A DNA stretch of 64,000 bases from Spongiibacter sp. (lineage in GTDB: Bacteria > Pseudomonadota > Gammaproteobacteria > Pseudomonadales > Spongiibacteraceae). The notes under the pieces were generated by a model. That model worked only from the letters and a program-made list of their open reading frames with translations. It was not told the DNA's origin and did not search any database. The position numbers were made by a program, and so were the translations under genes. Of the stretch, positions 55,443 through 62,699 are shown in pieces. Position 1 is the first letter of the stretch, and each line of letters begins with the position of its first letter. The stretch covers positions 6,115 to 70,114 of the forward strand of contig NZ_JBFIGO010000003.1 in the NCBI RefSeq assembly GCF_041602295.1, read 5' to 3'.

Positions 55443-58043
55443 GTGACGGATCATTATGAAATTGCCGTTATCGGGGCCGGCCCCGCCGGTCTGAGTGCGG
55501 CCGGTCGAGCTGCAGATCACGACCGAGCAGATCAACTCGCCCAACCCCGCCATATTCTTCTCGAATCCTCGCCACTGCACGCCAACACTATCCAGCGCTA
55601 CCAAAAAGGCAAGCACGTTATGGACGAGCCTGGCTATCTGGATTTGCGCAGCCCGCTAGAATTTGCTGCCGGCAGGCGCGAACACATTCTGCAAACTTGG
55701 GAAGAGGATATCGCCTCCACCGGCATCAACTTGCGCTGCCACACTGAAGTCACCGGTATCAGCGGCCAGCGCGGCGACTTCAAGATCCGCTGCAGTGATG
55801 GCCGCGACATCACTGCAGACAATGTAGTGGTGTCGATCGGCACCCAGGGCAACCCCCGCCGCCTGGGTGTAGACGGTGACACCTCGGCCTTTGTGCAATA
55901 CCAGCTGGACGACCCCGACGAATATAGCGACGAAGATATTGTGGTGATCGGAGCGGGTGATGCGGCTATCGAGAATGCGCTGGCATTAGCGCGCCAGAAC
56001 CGTGTCGTGATCGTGAACCGTCGCGATGAATTCAGCCGCGCCAAGCAGGGCAACCTAGACGCGGTATTAACTGCCATCAACAACCCCAACGTGCCCTTCT
56101 CCTGTCGCTACGGCTCCAGCGTCAAGGCCCTGAGCATTGCTGAAAATGGCGAAGCAGGCAGTATCACCCTGAGCACCCCGCAGGGCGAAGAGACCCTGCC
56201 CTGCCATCGCATCATTGCGCGATTGGGCTCGATCCCGCCACGCAAGTTTGTCGAAGCCTGCGGCATTGAATTTCCCAGCGAAGACATAGAGTCGATACCC
56301 GAGCTGGACGCCCACTATCAGTCCAATGTGCCCGGCCTCTATATCATTGGTGCGCTCGCCGGTTACCCACTCATCAAACAGGGGATGAACCAGGGCTACG
56401 ATGTTATCGAATACATCAAGGGCAATGAGGTAAAACCGGCCGACCACGCCCTGCTGGCACTCAAGTTTGCCCTCCTGCCTTATGGCGCTGATGTCGATGA
56501 TGTGCTGGCCCTGTATCAGCAGCGCATTCCGATGTTTGCCCGCATGAACACACTCGCCTTCCGCGAGCTGATAATGGAAAGCAATATCCACTACGGTGTA
56601 CCCGATCAGCAACAGCTGGAAGAACTGCTGCAACAACGTGGTGAGCTGCGTGAACAGCGTATCGTCGACATTAAGAGCGCACGCCAGCAGGAAGACCAAC
56701 GCCGTGCACAGGCCGGGCGCCCGGCCAAAGTGCGTAAAGAGATTGCGGAACCCGAGATCACGCTGGTCAATGCCGCTGACGACTTTCTGTACCGCGATGG
56801 CGACTACAGCAACAGTTTTTTTACCATAGTAGAGGGCCAGGTGCTGCTACAGGCAGATGGCGGCGCCGATACCCGCCTGGGGCCGGGCCAATTCTTCGGT
56901 GAGATGAGCCTGCTCTCTGGCAGACCCCGCATTGGTAACGCCCAAATCAAAGGTGAAACGATCCTGATCGAAACACCGCGGCGCACCATGGTCAAACTGA
57001 TGGCGGCCAATACGGAAGTCAGCGAGGGGATTGAAGCGGTTTTTCTGCAACGGACCTTGCAGCAGTTTTTCGCGCCCAAAGTCAGTTACAGCGCCCTGCG
57101 CGAAATTGCACGGCAGGTGACCACCAGCCACTTTAATATTGGCGACACCATTTACAGCGAAGGCGAACAGGGTGACCGCCTATACCTCATTCGCAGTGGC
57201 ACGATCGCGCTAACCAAAAGCAGCGCACACGGCGACATCGCGGTAGGCCAGCCCCAGTCGGGAGAAATCTTTGGCCAAATGGCGCTAATGGGTGACGTAC
57301 AGCGCCGCGAAACCGCCAAGGCCTCCGTGCGCTGCGAAGTCATCGAAATTCAACGCCCCCAGTTTCTGGAGCTGCTACGCAAATCCCCCGAGTCTGTCAC
57401 CCGCCTGCAGCAAGATACTACCGCTCAGCTCAAATTGAACGCCCAGCTGGAAGCGGTGCCCGAGAGCGCCTCGGTCATTTCGTTTTTACTTGATCGCGGC
57501 GTCGGCGAAGCAACCAATGTGCTGATTATCAACGAACAGCTCTGTGTAGGCTGCGACAACTGTGAAGTTGCCTGTGCAGAAACCCATGGTGGCGTCTCCC
57601 GGCTGGACCGCAAAGCCGGCGCCCGTTTCGCGCACATCAACCTCCCTATTGCCTGCCGCCACTGCGAAAAACCGCATTGCATGAAAGAGTGCCCGCCCAA
57701 CGCCATACACCGGGATCCCAGTGGCGAAGTGTTTATTGATGACAGCTGCATTGGCTGCGGCAACTGCCAATCCAACTGTCCCTATGGCGTAATTCGCATG
57801 ACCTACCCGACCGAGAAAAAACCCGGCCTGCTGGATTGGTTGTTTTTCGGCCGCGGCCCCGGCCCGGGCGAAGACCGTAATGCCGAACCCAGCGCAACCG
57901 CCAAAGAAACCGGAAAGAAAGCTGTGAAATGCGATGCCTGCGTCAGCCGAGAAGCCGGGCCTGCCTGTGTGCAATCCTGCCCCACAGGCGCCGCAAAACG
58001 TATCAACCCCATACAATTTGTAGAGGTGATTAGCGTAAATTGA
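55443..58043 (+). CDS. Multidomain NAD(P)H/FAD oxidoreductase (TrxB/YpdA/FNR-like) + 2 cNMP-binding domains + 4x[4Fe-4S] DmsB/HydN-like domain
   Basis: GAGPAG and GAGDAA..NRR motifs, and IGALAG. cNMP cassettes FFGEMSLL.GRPR and IFGQMALM..VQRRETA. Sixteen Cys in CVGCDNCEVAC, CRHC..PHC...CP, CIGCGNCQSNCP and CDAC...PACVQSCP. Confidence 0.88.
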   Translation: MTDHYEIAVIGAGPAGLSAAGRAADHDRADQLAQPRHILLESSPLHANTIQRYQKGKHVMDEPGYLDLRSPLEFAAGRREHILQTWEEDIASTGINLRCHTEVTGISGQRGDFKIRCSDGRDITADNVVVSIGTQGNPRRLGVDGDTSAFVQYQLDDPDEYSDEDIVVIGAGDAAIENALALARQNRVVIVNRRDEFSRAKQGNLDAVLTAINNPNVPFSCRYGSSVKALSIAENGEAGSITLSTPQGEETLPCHRIIARLGSIPPRKFVEACGIEFPSEDIESIPELDAHYQSNVPGLYIIGALAGYPLIKQGMNQGYDVIEYIKGNEVKPADHALLALKFALLPYGADVDDVLALYQQRIPMFARMNTLAFRELIMESNIHYGVPDQQQLEELLQQRGELREQRIVDIKSARQQEDQRRAQAGRPAKVRKEIAEPEITLVNAADDFLYRDGDYSNSFFTIVEGQVLLQADGGADTRLGPGQFFGEMSLLSGRPRIGNAQIKGETILIETPRRTMVKLMAANTEVSEGIEAVFLQRTLQQFFAPKVSYSALREIARQVTTSHFNIGDTIYSEGEQGDRLYLIRSGTIALTKSSAHGDIAVGQPQSGEIFGQMALMGDVQRRETAKASVRCEVIEIQRPQFLELLRKSPESVTRLQQDTTAQLKLNAQLEAVPESASVISFLLDRGVGEATNVLIINEQLCVGCDNCEVACAETHGGVSRLDRKAGARFAHINLPIACRHCEKPHCMKECPPNAIHRDPSGEVFIDDSCIGCGNCQSNCPYGVIRMTYPTEKKPGLLDWLFFGRGPGPGEDRNAEPSATAKETGKKAVKCDACVSREAGPACVQSCPTGAAKRINPIQFVEVISVN

Positions 58044-58094
58044 TGCGCCACAAATACTGCAATACAGCGATTAACCGCACATGAGAGCGGCATA

Positions 58095-58985
58095 ATGTCG
58101 GCCCTGTACGCCAACCTGTTGAATTTCGCCGGGCGTCGCTACCTGAAGTGGGCGGCAATGCTGCTGGCGGTCAGCGTATTGCTCTATCTCAGCCAGGACA
58201 TAGCGCTGCCGCGCAATGGCGGCAGCTGGCAGGGCTACGCGCTGGGCAGCATCGGGCTGCTACTGATTGTCTGGCTCAGCTGCCTGGGTATACGCAAGCG
58301 CGATTACAACAATCAGCGCGGCAGCCTGCAGGCCTGGGTCTCCGCCCATATTTATTTGGGCCTGGCACTGCCACTAATCGCCACACTTCACTGCGCCTTC
58401 CAGTTCGGCAACAACGTCCACACCCTTGCCTACCTGCTGATGTGGACGGTAGTGATCAGCGGCGCCTACGGTCTGTACAGCTACCTGCGCTACCCCTTGA
58501 TGATGATCGGCAACCGGGCAAACAAGGCCTTTGATGAGCGCCTGAAAGAACTCGAGGACAGCGACCAGAACGGTCGGGAAGTTGCCGCGCAATGCAACGA
58601 AACAGTAAACGCGATCGTCAACAGTGCCATTGACCGCAGCAGTATTGGCGGCGGCTTTTTGGATCAGCTGCTGGCTCGAGACCGCTCCACCGTGCTGCTG
58701 CCCGGCGACAGTGGCGAGCTGATGTTACGCAACAATGTCGGCCAACAGGCCGCCATCGACTTTCTGGCTGCCAAAATTCCCGCCACCTCCAAATCCGGTG
58801 AGGCAGAGAAATTGCGCGACTTACTCAGCCTGCTGGGTCGCCGCGCCGAGCTACTGAGACGCCTGCGGCAGGAAATCAGCCTGCAACTGCGTTTGAAAGT
58901 GTGGCTCAGCGCTCACGTACCGCTCACTGCAGCGTTATTAGTCGCACTGGTGGCACACGTCATCAGCGTCTTTTTCTACTGGTGA
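58095..58985 (+). CDS. Five-TM membrane protein with two His-x13-His pairs (NOX/ferric-reductase-like di-heme b)
   Basis: H85/H99 (WVSAH...ATLH) and H274/H288 (WLSAH...VAH); positive-inside residues place both helices in the same orientation. Confidence 0.7.
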   Translation: MSALYANLLNFAGRRYLKWAAMLLAVSVLLYLSQDIALPRNGGSWQGYALGSIGLLLIVWLSCLGIRKRDYNNQRGSLQAWVSAHIYLGLALPLIATLHCAFQFGNNVHTLAYLLMWTVVISGAYGLYSYLRYPLMMIGNRANKAFDERLKELEDSDQNGREVAAQCNETVNAIVNSAIDRSSIGGGFLDQLLARDRSTVLLPGDSGELMLRNNVGQQAAIDFLAAKIPATSKSGEAEKLRDLLSLLGRRAELLRRLRQEISLQLRLKVWLSAHVPLTAALLVALVAHVISVFFYW

Positions 58986-58989
58986 TGTC

Positions 58990-60714
58990 ATGCTGATCCT
59001 TGTTCGTAAAGTCCGCATGCAGAACAACCGCATCGTTGATCAAAACGATGAAGAATTCAGCGCCGAGCATCTAACACTGGGCAGCCGCAGCGACCGTGAC
59101 CTGCAGCTGTTCGGTGACGGTGTCGGCACCGAGCACTGCGTACTCCAACCCCAGCAAAACGGCCAGTTGCTGGTGCAGTGTCAGCCACCACACAAGGTGC
59201 TCAGCGCCAGTGAAACGGGCGAGGGCTTGCGTCAGCTCAGTGCGACAGCAGACCAGTGGCTGCGTATCGGCCCGCACCAGTTTGCACGGGTGGAAGCGCC
59301 GCCAGGCTTTGATGCCGCTATTGAGCTGCGTGTTGATATCGACGCAACCGAGTCGCTAAAACAAAAGCTGCAGCAGGAGTTGACCCTGAAGCTGCCGCGA
59401 ATTCGCCGCCACAGTTATCTGTTGGCCCTGCTGACCCTGGCGGCCACGCTATTGCTGCCCTTATGGGGTTTTTATGACGATGGCGCGCAAGCCCTGCTCG
59501 ACAAGAGCGGCGCACCCAGTGACCGGTTTTGGCTCAGCGGCCCCCTTGCGGCACCGCACCATCTGCCGGGTTTGGCGAACGATTGCAATAGCTGCCACCT
59601 CAAGCCTTTTCAGCAGGTGCCGGACCAAGCCTGTGCGCAATGCCACAACACGACACCGGCGCATTTCGGCGATGCCCATCCCGCTGCGACCCGCCTGGAC
59701 CAAGATTGCGCCGCCTGCCACAAAGAACACAACGAGCCAGAAACACTGATAGTTGAAAACACCGCTCTGTGTGTCGACTGCCATCGCTCAGAACAAGCAC
59801 GCAGCCTTGATAGTCATTTCGCCGTTAGCGGCCACCCAGTAGCAAAAGCCCCCACACAGCTGCGCGCGGCCAGTGCGTTTACCGAAGCCGCGCATCCGGA
59901 GTTTCTACTTGCCCTGCTAAAGCGCGAACCAAACGGCTGGCAGATACAGCGCGAGCGCGCAGCGACTGCCCGTGAGTCGTCTAATCTAAAATTTCCCCAC
60001 GACGTACACACCAGCAGCAACAAGGTCTGGCGCAAGGAGAAAAACGGGCAACAACGTGCACTGCACTGTGGTGACTGTCACCAACTTGCCGACGACGGCG
60101 AACATTTTCAGCCCATCACCATGGAAACCCATTGCGCCGACTGCCACAGCCTCAGTTTTGACGACGCGGCTCCCTATCGATCGCTCCCCCATGCTCAAGC
60201 TGATGTGGTGGAAACCTACCTCGCCGAATTCTACGTTAAACAGCTTGCCGAGCAGCTGCGTTTGGCCGCAGCCCCACCACCGCGCTGGGTCCCGGCGCGC
60301 GATCTCGACACCCTGTGCCCCTCGCGCGATCCGCTGCAATGCGGCCTCGCCTGGGCCGACCGGGAGATCAGCCAGCTGTTTCAAACCAGCGGCTGCGTCG
60401 ATTGTCACGAAGTGGATCAGCACGACGGGCGCTGGCAAGTACGCGAGGTCAGGCTGACGCAGAACTGGATGCCCGAGGCGCGCTTTGATCACCGCCCGCA
60501 TCTCAGCGCCACCGTCGATGGCGAGGGCTGTCTGCGGTGTCACCAGGCCGACCGTTCCTCGCACAGCCGGGATGTATTGATGCCCAGTTTGGCAGACTGC
60601 ACCGCCTGCCACGGAGAGAAGCAATCCCAGGCCGTGCTGTTGCAGTGTATTGATTGCCATAGTTTTCATCGCACCGGTATGCCGGCAATGCTAAAGGCGG
60701 AGACACTGCCATGA
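58990..60714 (+). CDS. Membrane-anchored decaheme cytochrome c with N-terminal FHA-like domain
   Basis: Ten CxxCH motifs: CNSCH, CAQCH, CAACH, CVDCH, CGDCH, CADCH, CVDCH, CLRCH, CTACH, CIDCH. One TM after RIRRH; FPHDVH and FDHRPH distal-His motifs. Confidence 0.88.
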   Translation: MLILVRKVRMQNNRIVDQNDEEFSAEHLTLGSRSDRDLQLFGDGVGTEHCVLQPQQNGQLLVQCQPPHKVLSASETGEGLRQLSATADQWLRIGPHQFARVEAPPGFDAAIELRVDIDATESLKQKLQQELTLKLPRIRRHSYLLALLTLAATLLLPLWGFYDDGAQALLDKSGAPSDRFWLSGPLAAPHHLPGLANDCNSCHLKPFQQVPDQACAQCHNTTPAHFGDAHPAATRLDQDCAACHKEHNEPETLIVENTALCVDCHRSEQARSLDSHFAVSGHPVAKAPTQLRAASAFTEAAHPEFLLALLKREPNGWQIQRERAATARESSNLKFPHDVHTSSNKVWRKEKNGQQRALHCGDCHQLADDGEHFQPITMETHCADCHSLSFDDAAPYRSLPHAQADVVETYLAEFYVKQLAEQLRLAAAPPPRWVPARDLDTLCPSRDPLQCGLAWADREISQLFQTSGCVDCHEVDQHDGRWQVREVRLTQNWMPEARFDHRPHLSATVDGEGCLRCHQADRSSHSRDVLMPSLADCTACHGEKQSQAVLLQCIDCHSFHRTGMPAMLKAETLP

Positions 60715-62699
60715 GAGTATTGCCGGCCTTACTGCTGAGCCTGACACTGTCCGGCTGTTTACCCGGCGGCGATCGCGACAACCAGGACGGCGCACGCGGC
60801 TCCAATGCCGGCAGCCGCTGCGACGGCAGCTGTGCCAATGCCAGCACCTTTCTCAGCCCTGCTGATGTCGAACAAGTGATCCGACAGGCCGCCGCCGAGG
60901 CAAAGGCCTTGAACGTTGGCGCCACCATTGCCGTGGTCGACCGTGTCGGCAATGTGCTGGCGGCCTACCGGATGGACGAGGTGCTGACCGGCAGCGTCGG
61001 CGAGGTCACCATCGCTTCCAACCCTGGCGGCACGCCCATTGCGGCCGGCCTGGAAAGCCTGAAACTGCCCATCAGCGCTGGCGCCGATGCCTTAGCCGCC
61101 ATTGCCAAGGCCATTACCGGCGCCTACCTGTCCAGCGAAGGCAACGGCTTCAGCACCCGTGTGGCCAGCCAGATTGTGCAGGAGCATTTTAACCCCGGCG
61201 AGCGCAACCAGCCCGCGGGCCCGCTGTTTGGCGTGCAATTCAGTCAACTGCCCTGCTCTGACTTCTCGCTGGACGCCAGCAACCCCGCCACCCTGGTCGG
61301 CCCCAAACGCTCACCGCTGGGGCTATCAGCCGATCCGGGCGGCTTTCCACTGTATAAGAACGGCACACCGGTGGGCGGCATTGGTGTTATCGCCGATGAT
61401 TTCATCTACTCGCTGGACAAGAACATCAGCGACAGCGACCGGGATTTCGATGAGCTGATTGCGCTGGCCGGGACCTTTGGCTATGCCGTGCCCGCCGACC
61501 GACAGGCCGACCACATCACGGTCGACGCCAAGACCCTGCGTTACAGCGATGTCGACTTCGACGACCTGAGCGCCAATCTCACCTCGCCACCAGCACTGGT
61601 GCTGGGTGTCGATGGTTTGCTGGTCTCGGTGCCCGATTACTACGACAGCGCCAATGGCTATCTCGGCGGGCAGGCCTTTGGTGAAGCCGCCTCCGGGGTC
61701 CGCCCGGATACCACACACTTTCCCGGTCGCGATGCCTTTGTGTTCGTCGACCAAGCCAACATGGAACGCTTCCCGCCCAGTGCGGGCAGTGCATTGACGG
61801 CCGCCGAGGTACGCACGCTGATTGACCAGGCGTTGTCGGTCGCCAACCGGGCGCGCGCGCAAATCCGTCGCCCGCTGGGCTCCCCTGCCAGAGTGACGAT
61901 CAGCGTGGTGGACATCGACGGCAGCGTCCTGGGTATCGCCCGCAGCCGCGATGCGCCGGTCTTCGGTGCTGATGTCTCACTGCAAAAAGCCCGTACCGCA
62001 ACGCTGTTCTCCTCCAGTGACGCGGCCGACTTCATCAGCAACCTACCGGACACCCAGTACCTGACACCGACCCTGACCCAGTCAACCACCGTACAGCTGG
62101 TCGACTATGTTCAGAACGTGATTAATTTAACCGGTGACGCCAACGCCCTGCGCGATGGCATTGCCTTTGCCGACCGCTCCGGTGGCAACCTCTCCCGGCC
62201 GTTCTACCCCGACGGTATCGACAGCGCCCAGACGGGCCCACTCAGCAAAGCCCAGGGTGAATGGAGCCCCTTCTCCACCGGACTGCAGCTGGATATGAGC
62301 ATGAATGCCATCGTGCGCCACCTGCTGCATGAGTTTGATCCCACTAACGTCAGCGACGTCGGCAAGAACTGCGTCGGCGTGCCCTTTCCCAGCGATGCCA
62401 GCATCGCGAGTGCGAGGGCAGCCAATGGCATTCAGATTTTTCCTGGCAGTGTACCGGTGTACCGCGGCCTGCAGCTGGTGGGCGGCATTGGTGTATCCGG
62501 TGATGGCGTCGACCAAGACGATATGATTGCGTTTCTCGGCGTACATCAGGCCGGCCAGATACTCGGCACCCTGAACAATGCCCCGGCGAGTATCCGCGCC
62601 GATACCCTCAGCCCTGGCGGCGTCAGACTGCGCTATATCAGCTGCCCTCAATCACCCTTTAACGACAGTGATGAACAAGATGCCTGCGCGGGGAAGTAA
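60711..62699 (+). CDS. Lipoprotein with two GlcG/HbpS-like (heme-binding) domains
   Basis: LSGC lipobox; repeated IAVVDRVG/ISVVDIDG, AKA.T/QKARTA and GGFPL...VGGIGV/GSVPV...VGGIGVSG motifs; ATGA overlap with the cytochrome gene. Confidence 0.82.
   Translation: MRVLPALLLSLTLSGCLPGGDRDNQDGARGSNAGSRCDGSCANASTFLSPADVEQVIRQAAAEAKALNVGATIAVVDRVGNVLAAYRMDEVLTGSVGEVTIASNPGGTPIAAGLESLKLPISAGADALAAIAKAITGAYLSSEGNGFSTRVASQIVQEHFNPGERNQPAGPLFGVQFSQLPCSDFSLDASNPATLVGPKRSPLGLSADPGGFPLYKNGTPVGGIGVIADDFIYSLDKNISDSDRDFDELIALAGTFGYAVPADRQADHITVDAKTLRYSDVDFDDLSANLTSPPALVLGVDGLLVSVPDYYDSANGYLGGQAFGEAASGVRPDTTHFPGRDAFVFVDQANMERFPPSAGSALTAAEVRTLIDQALSVANRARAQIRRPLGSPARVTISVVDIDGSVLGIARSRDAPVFGADVSLQKARTATLFSSSDAADFISNLPDTQYLTPTLTQSTTVQLVDYVQNVINLTGDANALRDGIAFADRSGGNLSRPFYPDGIDSAQTGPLSKAQGEWSPFSTGLQLDMSMNAIVRHLLHEFDPTNVSDVGKNCVGVPFPSDASIASARAANGIQIFPGSVPVYRGLQLVGGIGVSGDGVDQDDMIAFLGVHQAGQILGTLNNAPASIRADTLSPGGVRLRYISCPQSPFNDSDEQDACAGK

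Noticed and set aside
58990-60714. Calling the decaheme MtrA/DmsE
   Set aside because: It has a cytoplasmic N-domain, an uncleaved TM anchor and c3-like F.H..H motifs with uneven heme spacing. The heme count alone does not make it an MtrA orthologue.
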